The position numbers and the translations under genes were made by a program. Shown here in pieces: positions 28,108-41,640 of a stretch of 64,000 nt of DNA; the stretch's first letter is position 1, and each line of letters starts with the position of its first letter. Source of the DNA: Vicugna vicugna (lineage: Eukaryota). The notes under the pieces were generated by a model. That model was not told the origin of the DNA, did not search any database, and was given only the letters and a program-made list of their open reading frames with translations. Where the stretch lies: the NCBI GenBank assembly GCA_013265495.1, contig PNXW01004639.1:124001-188000 (forward strand), in the 5' to 3' direction.

Positions 28108-30276
28108 TGACATGTATGTAATACAGATTTGTATCTGTATTGTATCTGCTAGCACTCCAGTCCTGTCGCTGTTCCCTTGGGTTATAGATACAGAGGTGGT
28201 CATCTGTATGTAATTCAAGAGAATCTGCTTTTATATAATGTATATAGATTCAAAAAATAATTGTCCGGGAGAGGAGGAGTGTGGGAGTGTTTACATATAC
28301 CACTTTATCTGTGACTATACTTCTCTCATGTCTACATTGTCAGTGTGGAGCTGGAGAGGATTCAAACGTCTTTTCTGAAAAAAAAAAATTATTAATAAAG
28401 TTTTCAAAAATAAATTTTCTGGACCTAGTAGAATCATACGAGATTTTTAGCAACTTGGAATATTTTAATATTTAATATGAAACATACCCCAAGTCCCGTA
28501 CACTGCCCCCGTGTCAGAATACTGGCTAATGAATGCCATGAATCTCCTTTTCATCTAAGGTACTTTATTTTTAAATAGTCAAAATATTTGTGATTATGTC
28601 TTTTCTATGACTTCAAAGTAGATTTCTTTGACCTTCTTTACTCATATTAAGGTAACATTGTTTTAAAAACAAAAATAATTACATTGGTAAATTTCCCTGT
28701 TATAGCTGAACTATCATGATTGCTTTTATTGTAAAAAATAAAACCACCTTCCTCCCTGACAGCCAATCACATTCTTTCACAAAAAGATTTCCTCAAATTC
28801 TGCATAATTACACGGTACAGATTAAAGACAGCAAAGATAAGTCCCTCGGCATATTTACATAGTGATTAGTTGGCATGCTCAAATGACAAATGGAATACGC
28901 TTCAAATCACAACCAGACCGCATTACTTAATCATGGGTTGGGGGTATTGTTCTTTTTACTGGCATAATTGATTCCTTATTGTGTAACAAGAATTGTGCAG
29001 ACAATTTATGTGAACCATTTATCATAACTTGCATCACATGTCATTTTTTCATATGCCCTTTCAGGAGGGTATGTGGTGAAGCCCACAGAAGACAAATATG
29101 AGAAGTGTGTTTTTTTTCATAGTTTTCTCAAAAAAGAAGTTAGTACTTGAAATATTAGTGTTTTAAAATATGTTGGGATTTTAGGTCAGAAAGTCTGAGG
29201 TTAATTTTATTTTTCCCCAAGGATTTATGATAAAAGAGAGAGAACTATCTCGATAATTTTCTTTTTGGTTTTATAACAATTGGATTTATAGCCTGAAATT
29301 ATATTAAGGAAGAAACAGCCTTAAGGATTTAACCGAGAGAAATGAATGAAAGAACTGAAATTCAACTTAATTGATTCAATACGAGTGAGTCTAATCTTCC
29401 TTCTAGTATAGACCTCTTAAGGATAGGACCACATAGATAATTCCGAGATGCCATACAATATTCGTTTGTAATGACTATATTCAGTAGGATTATTAAGATT
29501 TAAGATATTCCCATGATATTCCAAACAAGTTACTAAAAACATAACATTCCAGGTGAAGAATATACCAGCAATCCCAAAAAGTGTTATATCCTATTAAATA
29601 TTTTAATTAAATATTAATAGATGATAAGAAAAATGTACTCTGTGTCAAATATGTCTGAGAAATTCTTGATCTAAAATAGTGATGAGATATTTTCTTTACT
29701 ACAGGACTTATCAGAGCCTTAAAATGAGTGCAGCAAATTTCCAAAAACAAAAAATAGAGAGAGAAGAGATAATAACACGCAGCGCTTCATCAGCTAGGAA
29801 GTCATCCTGGTTCTCTTCACTTCACAACCCTGACCTGCGTCAGGTAAGGGGCTTTAAGCTGAAACGACGGGAGTTTTATTCTTGCTTCCGACCAGGGGTT
29901 CTAGGTGCGGAGAAGATGCGTTGACTTGAATTGTGGATCTAAACTGAAACTAACTTTAGTGAGTTAGGGCCCTACCCGGCAGCATTCATTACCCCTGTGT
30001 GGCATTAACCCCTGATTTTCAGAGGAATCTTCCTGTTTCAATCAGCCCTTAGTCAGCACATCAGTGAGGGCAGATTCCCACCCTTGCGTCATGGGGGTGG
30101 CCAGACACGGGACACCTGACACTGGTCAGAGGCAGTCGACCACTGTCTCTCAGTCCCGTCTACTCACAACCAGGGAGGAAGACACTGCAGGCCACACAGG
30201 GCCACAAGGAGACTGCCCCGGAGCAGAGTGAACAGCCCGGGGCGGTGCAGGGCAGGCAGTGCCAAGGGGCTTGGTG

Positions 30277-30295
30277 TCTCCAGAAGGTGGCGCCC
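30277..30295 (+). promoter_or_regulatory. CTCF-like motif
   Basis: ccagaaggtggcgc has one mismatch to CCASYAGRKGGCRS. Confidence 0.45.
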
Positions 30296-30559
30296 CCCAC
30301 CCCCCGATTCCTGCAGAAGGGTATGATTCGCTTGTCTGAATAACTCCGCAGGCTGGTAGGGAGCTGAAATCCATGACTCGGGGCTAAGCGAGCACTGTGC
30401 CTGGTCCTCTGGAGAAGGAAGGTGGTTTGCCGGGATGACCTTATCTGCAGAGCAGAATCGGGGCGGGACCTTGTGGTTCAGCTGTGCAAGGCCCACCCGG
30501 TTTCAGATGTCAAGGCAGCACCTCATCTTGGGTATAATTCAGACCCTGCACTGCACTCC

Positions 30560-31028
30560 CTTTCATCCACACACACAGCAGGTGGTTTAGGGAAGGCTTA
30601 TCCAACCCCTGGCCCCAGCCAAAGCCATGTGACCAAGGTTACATTGGTCGCAGCCCCCAGGCACAGAGATGAATTCAGGGATGAGCTCATCACCCTAGTC
30701 AGGCCAGTGAAAGTCAGGCTAAGGATCTTTTAATGGGACTTCGGGGAAGGAGATGTGCTATTTTTCAGTGCAGCTACTAACAGAGAGAGTGATGGGAGCC
30801 CAGTGCTTGCAGGGACCACGATGCAGAGCCTGAGAATGAAGCCAAAACAAAGCAGGACCCAGAATCGGGACAGAACTGGCCACTGACCTCACCGGGTCTG
30901 TATCCAGTCAGGCCCCGCGCCTCCCTACCGCTGGCCTTTCTGGGCATGCGAAACACACCTTTTCCATTTTTGATTAAGCTGATTTGAGTTGAATTTTGTC
31001 ACTTACAATGTTAATAGTTCTAACTGAT
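30560..31028 (+). mobile_element. MaLR LTR (MLT1J/K-like)
   Basis: 3' end 'ttaagctgatttgagttgaattttgtcacttacaa...ctaactgat' is typical of old MLT1. Confidence 0.7.
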
Positions 31029-33699
31029 GGATAAACTAATTCAAGTGAATGCCCGTAGAGCCATCCTGAGTGGTTTCAGTAAGAAGTACTTCACGATGTT
31101 ACGTCTGGCAATATGTTTGAACTCGGCAATGCCCTCATTCATAACCTAAACTAAACCACAGCTTCCCTTTCGAAGTCACCTCATTGAATAGCTCTTCCTG
31201 CAATGTTACTGTTGCGCAAGACTGATCAGCATCTCCACTATGTCGCAGTAGACAATCTTCAATGACCGTGTGCACAAAAATAAGAGCACGATGAGAAAGA
31301 AATGAAGGATAATTATTAACGAGTCGACGTTAGAAGGAAATTGATTTGATCCATTCAGAGTCAATCGGGAGATCTCCATCTATTTATAATTTGAACAAAT
31401 ATTACGAAAACCTTTTAAAGACCCCCGCATCTCAATAATATGAAATTAGAAATTAATTTTTAAGCTCTAAGCAAGCTGTGGTCAGTTTTCGTCAAAAAGA
31501 AGGATACGTTGTAAAAGTGAAGGGCGAATCAATGTGATGGCTATTGCTGGGCGAATAACTGGAACCTAAGTGAATCCCGTGTCAGAGCTTGTGTCTGCAA
31601 CTTTTACTGTTTTCTCAAAGAAAACATTCGGGGAAATATCAACTCACTCTTTGATATTTTCATCCAGGTAGATTCTGCAACTCACAGCCCCTCAGCAGTG
31701 ACTTGAAGCAGCAGAGCTGCTCTTAACATTTACACTTGCTTGATGAGAAAATGTTGAAATACTCACAAGTACACTTATTAAGTAAAAGAAATGGCGGTGC
31801 ACACTGGCTGTCTCCAGATGTTGACAAACGACACACAGTTGAAGGAGGCAAACACTTTCAAAATGCTAAGTCGGGTATGAACAAGAAGGAAGCTCTGTAA
31901 GAAAAAAAAAATGAAACCAGGTGCCTAGTGTGTCTTCATACAGCCTCCTGATCTACACTTGTTTATCTATCGTAAGGGTATTTGATAAATACAAGAGGAA
32001 AATATGCTATCAGAAAGCAATTGAAATTGATTTGAATTTAGAGACTCACATTATCCATCACAGGGAGGCGGTGATAAGATGCCCCAGGGCACGAATTAGT
32101 CATTCCTGACCATTTGCCTCTGGTGACTCCAGGCGCAGAGGCAGTCACGTATGTAATGTATTTATCTGCTAATTTAGTCATTTACTTGATGGATACGAGG
32201 GAATTTCAGAGGAAGGTTATAATGATCCTGGCATATACTTTCCCAGCGTATCAGAAGACTTGCAATAAACGCAGCATATGAAACTTTTTAAATACATTGG
32301 AAGTACCGGAAGACGAATTCACTAATAGCACAATAAAAGCGTATCAAACAGGAGAGGAGTGTGATTTCTTTAAAGTGCTACGTATAGGTGCAAGCAATAT
32401 ACTGAAGGTCATCTGAAAAGTCACAGTAGAAAGGAGATGTCTTCGAAATACTTGAAATGCACTTGGGTGGACCTGTACCTTCGTTTCTCTCACTTCATGC
32501 ATTTGAGCTCCAGGTGGTGGAGGCAGAACCGGCTGGGGGTGAAGACTTGCGATTTGGAAGGAATTTCTTCCACCCTTTAAAGTCCATTTACAATCAACCC
32601 ACTTTTGAACCATTTATCCCCCCTCTTCAGAATGGGAATTTCATAAAACATAGGAGACCTTTTTTTCCTTCTTCTTTGAACAAAATTGTGACTCGGTGGT
32701 GTGGCATCCAGTAGGCACGTTTTAGAAAAATCCTCTGGCTTCATGAACTTTAAACAAGTATTTATAAGACAATATGTAAAGTGAAACTATCCCTGCTGCG
32801 TGTAGGTTAACTGGATTGTTTCAAGGACAGACCTGACGGGAAGGTACTGTTTACTGCTTAGAGCGCTGTATGTTTTTATTAAAACACATAGACAATATAA
32901 AAGAGTCAGCATCTTAGTAGTAACACTGCATTCCTTCGGTTGCTCTGAAAACAACTTATATTTTGTTATGGATAAGATTTACATGCTTAATTCTCTTGGA
33001 TTAAGTATTATATTTTTCACAAGTAAGGCTGTTGTCAACATGGAATCAGAGCCAAGAGTCTCCCTGTACTTAAATGTAGAACAGTATTACTATGGTACAG
33101 ATGAATGGCTTCCACCGGCTTAATAATGTTTAAGCTGCAAATAAATGCACATGCTGTGTCTATGGTTTGCAAATGCGAAGCAGGGGCTCCCTCTGCATAA
33201 CCATCTGGGCACTGCTTTTGTCTTTTAGTTTTTCATAATACAGATAATAAAACCAAATTTGCTTCAAAATCAGAAGTTGATCATTGGAACGTGAGGCTGA
33301 TTACATGTAATACTGTATTTCCTAACTATTCAGTAAATTTGAAATGATGGTAGTCACAGTCATACATGTGTTTTTGAGAAAATAATCTACTGTTAGGCAA
33401 CAATGAAAAAAAGATATGTGAATATCTTAAATATTGTAATTGCAAATGAAAAAAATACAGACAAGTTATTAGGCTGAAGATGAATTGGAAATATCACTGG
33501 CTACTCTATCTTCATGTTGCACAGGGGGCCATCAAAGAGAGAAAATGCAAAACGATTTGAAAGGTGTTCTAACAATAAGAAAGGAACATTAGTTATGTCC
33601 TATACCTAATGTCGCCAACAAATGGATGACTTCTGTGGATGAATTACCCAGTGGTGTAGCTCTCCACATGCTCGCCCTCAACTCCAAAGGCAGAAGTTT

Positions 33700-34439
33700 T
33701 GTTTTCTCTGCTACAGCCCATCCCTGGATCCTACCAAGTTGGCAACATCCAATCCTGCTTACATTTTTCGTCTGCCTCCCTGCCCTGAGTTTCAAACTCA
33801 AAGCTGTGACGTCATCTCTCACCTTAGTGTCCAGCTTGCTGACCTGAACCACACCCTTTAGACTTGCAAGACTTACAATCACAAGAGTCAACATTCCTAC
33901 ATCAATCTCTCTCTCTCAGTCTCTCTCTCTGTCTTTCTGTCTACTCAGGCTACGATAACAAAATACCGTAGGCTGTGACTTAAACAACAGAAATTTATTT
34001 CCCACAGTTCTGGAGGCTGGAAGTCCAAGATCAAGGTCCTAGCAGGGTTCAATTCCTGATAAGACACTCTTCCTTGCTCACAGATGGTGCCTACTTGCTG
34101 TGTCCTCTGATGATGGAGGGGAAGAGAGAGCCATCTCTCTCGAGTCTCATCTTAAAAGAACACTAACCCCATCATGCAGGCCCCACCCTCATGACTTTAT
34201 TTGAACTAAATTACCCCCCAAAAGTCCCATCTCCAAATACCACTGTATTGGGGGTTAGGGCTTCAACATATGAATTTGGGGTGGGGGCTGGGGGAGCCAC
34301 AACTCAGTCTGTAATGTTCTTTCTCTTCTCTATGTATCTATGTATCCATCCATCTATCCACCATCCATCTATCTATCTAGCTAGCTAGCTATCTACAGAT
34401 ACATAGCTTGTTATTCTCCAGAGAACGCTCACTAATACA
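33700..34439 (+). mobile_element. MLT2 (ERVL) LTR interrupted by an MLT1A element
   Basis: 'gacttacaatcacaagagtcaacattcct...tctctct' resumes after the insertion as '(atct)n...ctccagagaacgctcactaataca'. Confidence 0.65.
33935..34312 (-). mobile_element. MaLR LTR (MLT1A-like)
   Basis: 'ttaaacaacagaaatttatttcccacagttctggaggctggaagtccaagatcaagg...ggggttagggcttcaacatatgaattt'. Confidence 0.9.
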
Positions 34440-36339
34440 TTTTAGCATTCCTGGAAAATCTAAATTCCAAAATGGCTCTCTCTGACCAAATCCTACTCCA
34501 GATCACCGACTGTGTCACTGTCACTTCAGCTGTTCTCCACCTGCAGTAAGCCTTCCAGCCCCGGAGCCACTTTATTCTTGCAAAACCGTCAGCTTCCTTC
34601 TGGCTTCAGTTTCCATCCGCAGCTGAGCACTCAACGCTGCCACTGTAATTTCCTCAGGAGTTATTCCATCATTTCACCTCATCCTTCAAATCACTAAGGT
34701 TATCCATAGCTTTTATTTTACCCAGACAATCAGTACTCTTCTGTTCTGTAAGATCTTTGTGCCTTTTGACGCTGTGGATTCTCCTGATTACGCTGTGTCC
34801 CTCGACATGATTGCTGCCAACGTAAAGAGTGTGTAAGCATCACTTCCACCACAGGGTGCATCCTGCCTGGAGGTCATGGACCTTCATTTAGCTTGGCGCT
34901 CCAGTGCCTAGCACTGTTTCTGGGGAGTAGTATATGCTTAATAAAATCTCACTGAACCAATGAACCCTCTCATGAAGAAACATTATACCCTGGTTGATGA
35001 TGACACAAATGATAGAGAGAAATGTGTTATTATCATTAAATTAGAAATGTTGAGGACAAGGTATGCAGTTAACGATAATACTGCTTCCTTTTTATTTTTG
35101 ATCAGTGGCAGCAAAGAGTTCCCTTAGCCCCTGAGAATAATGATGTAGAAATGCCTTGCACTTCATTCCATCCTACAAGCTAAGCAAAAGGTACATGAAC
35201 TTACTGTGGAACAAATCTTGTAGGAAAAGTACCATCTCATAGTCTTTAAAATATATTCTCAACAAACATGGTGTCTAAAGAGACAGCCTGGTTCAGAGCG
35301 ACGCACACCTGACAGGGAACAGCAGACCTCACTGTGGCTCTGGTTCTGTCTAATTTGCTGTGTTTTCAAAGAGAAGGTAGTTAACGTCCTTAAAATTCAA
35401 TGTCATTCCTGGAGAAGGGATTGAATTTGATTATTCCTAAGGTCTCTTTGAGCTCGAAATTTCTATTCTAGTCTAGTGAGACTTAAATTTTTAAAGGCCT
35501 TACTTCTTACTCACTTTTTAAAAAATGTAAAAATTGCCATTCAGCACTTTCCTTTGCCAAAAAAAAAGTTTCTTTGTCAGCATTTCAGGGTATTTAAACA
35601 TAATCCTTTATGCACTCAAACACACACAAAAATGCTAAATGCCTGGGGTTTTTTTCACTTCAACTGGATGTTACAATATTTTATGACAGATTATCATATC
35701 AAACTAAAACAATGTAAATGCAGGTATGTAATATGTACTAACACCTTGTACTTATAGAGCACTTTAAACTTATGTTGAGAATGATGTCCATTTGCCTTAC
35801 TATTTTGGTATTCTCAAATGAGGACTCAACTACTGCCACTGTTAACATAATTCAGCACTTCCTATCGGATTTATAGAAGAGCATACCATGAAAAAAAGTT
35901 CTCAATACAAAAAAAAAGAATATTCCTAATCCTTAATCACTAGACAGTATTATGGGCAATACTTAATGTAGTCATGTTATACAAGAATGATGAAATTGAC
36001 TCTTTAAAAGTCAGGAACCAGGACAGAGTATGAAATGTCACACAAACTAATTAAATGTGATAATCTTGGTTTAACTCTCTTAGTCTGTCTTCCTGTCTGT
36101 GAAATCAAGGGCTTACATTGGATGATTTGAGATGAAGTATTTTGGGACTCCTAAGGAAAGGAGGGTAAGAAATGAGTGATGGTGGGGTTTAAGGTAGCCC
36201 CTGAAACACACCCGATTGTCGTAGGAAAGAGACAGAACTCCCAGGCAGAAAGTACAATGCAGATACGTCCTGACTCATCTCTTATTTAAATGATAGAGAC
36301 AAAACAAATGTTAAAAGTCAACCTGCATAATCTGATGTT

Positions 36340-36527
36340 TTAGCGACTAGTCAAATGGGGCTGTTAAAAATTTCATTTTAAATTAATTTAAATTAAATTA
36401 GAAATTCATTTCCTCAGTCACACTAAACACATTTCAGGCACTCAGCAGCCATGAGTGGCTACCACATCGGACAGTTCAGATACAGAACATTTCTATCATA
36501 ACAGAAGGTCCTATTGGTCAGCAATGC
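36340..36527. mobile_element. MER3/MER33-like hAT MITE fragment
   Basis: 'ttcctcagtcacactaaacacatttcaggcactcagcagcca...acagaacatttctatcataacagaaggtcctattgg'. Confidence 0.75.
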
Positions 36528-37299
36528 ATCTGCATAATAATAGCAGAATGGGGACAGGGAAATCCAGTGTCTATCTGAGTATAATATGGTCTGTATCTTG
36601 CTTAAGAAAGTTAGAAAAAACTTTAGACTTTATTTTTTAAAATATAATTAAGTACATTTGTGGGAAAAAAAAATAATAAGATCTATATTCCTCTCCATGC
36701 ATGCAGAGAAAAAGAAGGGTGTGTAGAAAATTATCTGTCAACCCGAAAGAAGTCACAGAAGGAGAAAAATTATGGGGAAAAGGTAGATTTGTTAAGATTG
36801 GGTTCTGCCACAAGAAACACACACACACACACAACACAACACATATTGATTTAAATAAGGAAGATGTTTATTTTATGCTCACATGAATCACATGAATGTC
36901 CAAAGATAAGAAGTCCAGAGCTTGGTTCAGTGCTATCCTGAGAGATGATTCAGTTCACCATTCAGCCATCCCTAGTATGTGGTCCTTATCCTTATGGTCT
37001 AAGGACAAGTTCATATAGCAGGTACAAAAATGCTGGAAAGGGCAAGGAAAAAGAAGCAAGAGATCTCTAATAAAGACTCTGGAAGGCTGGTATACACACT
37101 GTCCAAAATATAGTCACTTACTCATACTTAACTCCAGGGTGGCTGGGACGTGTGATATTTATTGCAGTCAGCCATGTGCCCAGCTAAGAGGTCTGTTCAC
37201 TCAGAAGGAAGGGAGAATGGTTATTGAGAAACACTGCCAAAGATAAAAACACAAAAGAAAATATTTTTAAAAGCTGTATCAATAATTATAATAAATACG

Positions 37300-37690
37300 A
37301 ATGGATTAAACTTTTATATGAAAAGATAAAAACTGTGACTACTATCTAACCTGTCTATAAACTTCTTGCAAAGTCTATATATGAAACAAAAACATGCAGA
37401 AAGGAAGAAAATAAAAGAATGGGAAAGGTATATTGTACTAATAATAATTAAAATAAGGATATTCTAGTAATATTAAATTTAGAAAAAATAATATTAAAGG
37501 CAAAGGCATTTATAGGGATAAAAACAACAGAGAATCTTCCATGAACAGAAACACTATAAGCTTGTATGCACCTAACCACACATCTTCAAAATTTATAAAG
37601 CAAAATCAGAAAGAATTAGCAGAAAGTGATAATTCCACATAGTGGGAAATTTTAAAACAACTATAACAGAAGCTGATTAAACCAAATAAT
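37300..37690 (+). mobile_element. Ancient L1 ORF2 (endonuclease region) fragment
   Basis: A-rich; 'gtatgcacctaac' and 'atagtgggaaatttt' echo the L1 EN motifs YAPN and IVGDF. Confidence 0.6.
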
Positions 37691-37777
37691 CAAAGACTTA
37701 GTGTTCAATGGTGTCTTTCCTAGTGCATATGTAGATATCCTGTATACAAACAACATAAAGTATGTACTTTTTGGTTA

Positions 37778-38690
37778 CATTTTTATCTTCAAATAATTTT
37801 AAACTTACAGAAATGTGTCAGAAATAGCACAAATAATCCAAAGAGTTTCATACACCCCTTACCTGGCTTGCTTTTATGTTAATATCTTGGATGAACATAA
37901 TTATGACGAGTAAGAAATTAGTACAACACAGTTAAAGACTTAATTCGGTCTTCTGCAATCTGTGAGTTTCTCAGTCTTTTCCTTGTCTTTTGTGAACCTC
38001 ACACTTTTGGAGAGCACTGGTCAGTTACTTTGTGTGTCACAGTCTGGGTTTGTCTGATGTTTCCTCGTGATCAGGTAGAGTTTGTGCATCCTGGGCAGGA
38101 ATACCACGGTTCCACTGTGCCTTTATCAGTGCTTCCTGTCAGGGAGAACCCATAGACCTTATTATTGGGCATGTCACTTGCTGAAGCTGGTGTCTGCCAC
38201 ATTGTTTCACCAAAAAGTTATGATTTTTCCCCTTTTAAGAAAATATCTTAAGGGAAACATTTTGAGACCAGGCAAAATGTCCCTGTTTCACTCCTCATTT
38301 TTGCCTGCTACTTTGTGCACTGGCCAACTTGAAATAACTGATTACTGTGGTGATCCACTATTTCTCTCTCTTTTATGTGTATTAATTGGAATTTTTCTGT
38401 CAGAGAGCCATTCCTTCTGCCTACCTACTTATTTATTTGTTCATATTAGTATGGATTCATGGATTTTTTTTCCTCTAGGTTAAAATCCAATACTATCATT
38501 ATTTATTTTGTATCTCAAATTGCTCCACGTTTGGTCACTGGGACCCCCTCAGGTTGGCTCTTTTGCCCTTTCAACCTGCCCCGTTCCCTTTTGAGACCTT
38601 CCTAACTTTCTGACACCAGATAATGCTCCAGGCTCATCTCTGTTTTCCTTGCTTCTGCCTTAGTACGTACCACTTCTCCCAGGAACCTTA
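37778..38690 (-). mobile_element. L1MC-like 3'UTR fragment
   Basis: Antisense L1MC 3' end 'aaataattttaaacttacagaaa' and 'ttagtatggattcatggatttt'. Confidence 0.7.
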
Positions 38691-39559
38691 AGAATGGTTT
38701 AAAGTCTGTTGTCAGAATTATCTTTTAAATTTCATGCTGCCGGAATTGTTATTTCTCCATAATTTTAGCTGCAGGGCTGTTTGTGCAGCCTCTGCACAGA
38801 ACATCTGCACCGTTAAATGGACATTCATTTTCAATTAGAGTTGTTGAAGGAGAAGAACGCCTTGAAGGAAGTTAAGTATCTAAAAATTAGAGTTCTTAGT
38901 CCTCTTCATTTAAATTTTCAAATACTGTATGCTGAACAGTTGCACAAAGATCAGAATTATCATGGAATCTCTAGCATTCTGCTTTGCATTACTTAAATTG
39001 TATAAACATTTGTTTGTGCAAAAAGTATTGAATATTCTTTCTTAAGTAGCTGACATACTCTCTGTTAATATTCTAATTTCATTCTCAAATTCTAATTTAA
39101 CCCTCAAATTTATTGTCCCACGTATTTAACCATTTGAAAGTTTATAATATTTTTTCCCTGGTATTAACATTTTACAGTCATTTTTAGTTAGTACAGCATT
39201 GTGGTTTTACAACAGTAAATAAACATTTTTATTTCCAAATAACAGATTTTCATCACAAAACAGCATAAGAATATTCTTTCTGAGTAACTTCTAGACTATT
39301 CACATATATTTGTAAATGAATATTCAAATATTCACAATAAATCAAAATAACAGGTCTTATTTATATTACTGACATTGTAACCCTGCTTAAATATGAAACA
39401 AACCTGTGCGATCACAGAATTATTGATCATACTCAAGCTCAGGGATGCCAGAAATTATATTGAAGTTGGCTTACAGCTGTTTAGTCTGTTAAGGACCAAG
39501 GTTGAAGCCCCACTAAATAACTGGTTTTGGCCAAATATCAAAACCAAACAGAATCTCCG

Positions 39560-41640
39560 TGCAACTCTAATAACTAGAAATAAATCTAACATAAATTATA
39601 ACAACATGCAGAACAATATTAGTAAGGACTTGCATTAGGAAATAAATCATGCTCATGGTTGAAAAGCCACAATATTATAAAAATATAATTCTCTCTAAAT
39701 GAATTATTAGCTTCAAGTCAATCCCAAGAAAAATTCCAGTGGGGTTTTTCATAGAACTTGACAGCCTTATCCCAAATTCACACAGGAGAACAGTGAGACA
39801 AAAATAAGTTTAAAAGAAATAAGAAAGAACAAGACAAGGGTTTCCAAAGCTATCCTGAGGAAGAGCAGTCATTTTCTAATTTGACCAATGATGCCGCACG
39901 GGTTTGCATGGCTTAGAGGGTCTTGTCCTAACAGATGACAAGCCTCGGTATAAACGTATAAATTAGACCCATGCCATAGAATTTAGAGGACAAAAATAGA
40001 CCCATGAATACTTAGCAAATTAATACAGGACAGAAGGAGCATTAAAAATAAATGAGGAGTTTGTGTTTCAATAAATCTTACAGTGAGAATAGATTTTATT
40101 ATACATATTAAAAAGAAAATTAGGGATATAGCTTGCAGTCCCTGCCAAGCGAATGAGACTTACTCTGTAAAGGTTTTGAAAGAAAACATAGTAGATATTT
40201 TTGTAGCTGCAAGGTAGAGAAAGATTTCTTAAACATCACTCAAAAGCTCACAGTATGAAAGAGAAGATTGACCAGTTTGAATACTTTAAAATTTTAAGTC
40301 TTCAACTAGAGACCATATACAAGTGAAAAGACTAGTTGCCAGTTGGGAGAGGCTATTTGCAATTCATGTAATTGACCAAGAATTAGTGATAAGAATATAT
40401 CAAGAGCTCATACTGGTCAATTAGAAAGTAGTCCAACAACCAAAAATGTGAGAAAAAAATGAATAGGAAATCCAATGACAAACCCAAATCCAAATGTCCA
40501 ATAAATGTCTGGAAAGATACTCAAGTTCATCTCTACGTAGGAAATGAAAAAAAAAACATAGTAAAATATTATTTCCTATCCATCAGAATGACAAAATTGG
40601 AAATGTTTGATGATGTTAACCATCAGGAAGGCTGTGGGAAAATAGGAAACTTCTGTAACACTGCCAAAAGTGTAAGGTTATACAAATACCCTGGAGGGGG
40701 ACGTGGCACTGTCCTGGTAAAGCTGTAGGAGAGCACATTCGAACTTGTAAGTAGGTCCTCTTCTTGAAAAACCCAGCACGTGTGGTACGTAGACATGTAG
40801 TGGGACAGTCATGTTTATGATAGTGAAACAGTGGACAGACTCTTAACTGCTCATTGAATAAATTGTGATGTACTCCATCAAGAGCGTAACGAACTCATCT
40901 ACAAAACAGGAACAGCCTCACAGGCATAGTAAACAGACTTCTGGTTACCAAGAGGAACAGGGGTGGCAAGGGATAAATTGGGAGTTTGAGATTTGCAAAT
41001 ATTAACTACTATCTATAAAATATATTTTAAAAAAACAAATTTCTTCTGTATCACACAAGGAACTATATTCAATATCTTCTAGTAACCTAGAATAAAAAAG
41101 AATATGAAAATGAATATATATGTGTGTGTACGACTGAAATATTATACTGTACGCCAGAAATTGACATGTTGTAACTGACTATACTTCAATTTTAAAAAGC
41201 GCATAATGTACAGTACCTAAAAATGACTCAGGCAGGGAAAACATGGTGAAAACTCAAAAACAGAATACTGAAAAATAAAGGCAGGTTAAATAATGATATT
41301 CACAGTCTCATACTATTCGTAAAAAAAAAAGACTGGAAATATACAAAACATTACATAGTGTGTATTGATTGATCTTAGTGCAGTAATGGGATAAATGCAT
41401 ACGTGAAACTGCCAGGCATTCTGATGAACAGGGTATGAATGAAGGGCGGGAAGGCAGACTGGGAAAGGTCATCAAGTACTGTCATTCTGTCTGTGATCTT
41501 TTATTTCTTAAAAAAAAAGAAACCTGTATATATCCCATTGTTAAAGATTTGATAAAGGTTAATGGTGTCCTCTTGTGCGATGATTATATTGTTTCAGTAC
41601 TTCTCTGTAGGCTTAAAAAAATTGCTGATAAAAATAGAGG
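39560..41640 (+). mobile_element. Ancient L1ME-like ORF2/3'UTR, interrupted by a younger L1
   Basis: Degenerate ORF2 phrases ('ggggtttttcatagaacttgacagccttatcccaaattca', 'cctatccatcagaatgacaaaatt'). Confidence 0.75.
40890..41197 (+). mobile_element. Younger lineage L1 3' end inserted into the L1ME
   Basis: 3'UTR ends 'tgtaactgactatacttcaat'; approximate TSD aagagcgtaa/aaaagcgcataa. Confidence 0.85.

Noticed and set aside
31190..31345. AAV Rep-like 'FNDRVHK' echo
   Set aside because: No WWEEG follows and the distance from any GKT-like motif is too short, so it is likely chance.
31030..32460. NUMT explanation for the anomalous island
   Set aside because: I recognise no mitochondrial genes or tRNAs, and it lacks the strong G-poor strand skew of mtDNA.
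33082..33090. CAGTATTAC circovirus-like origin nonamer
   Set aside because: No flanking stem; an isolated 9-mer is unremarkable in 64 kb.
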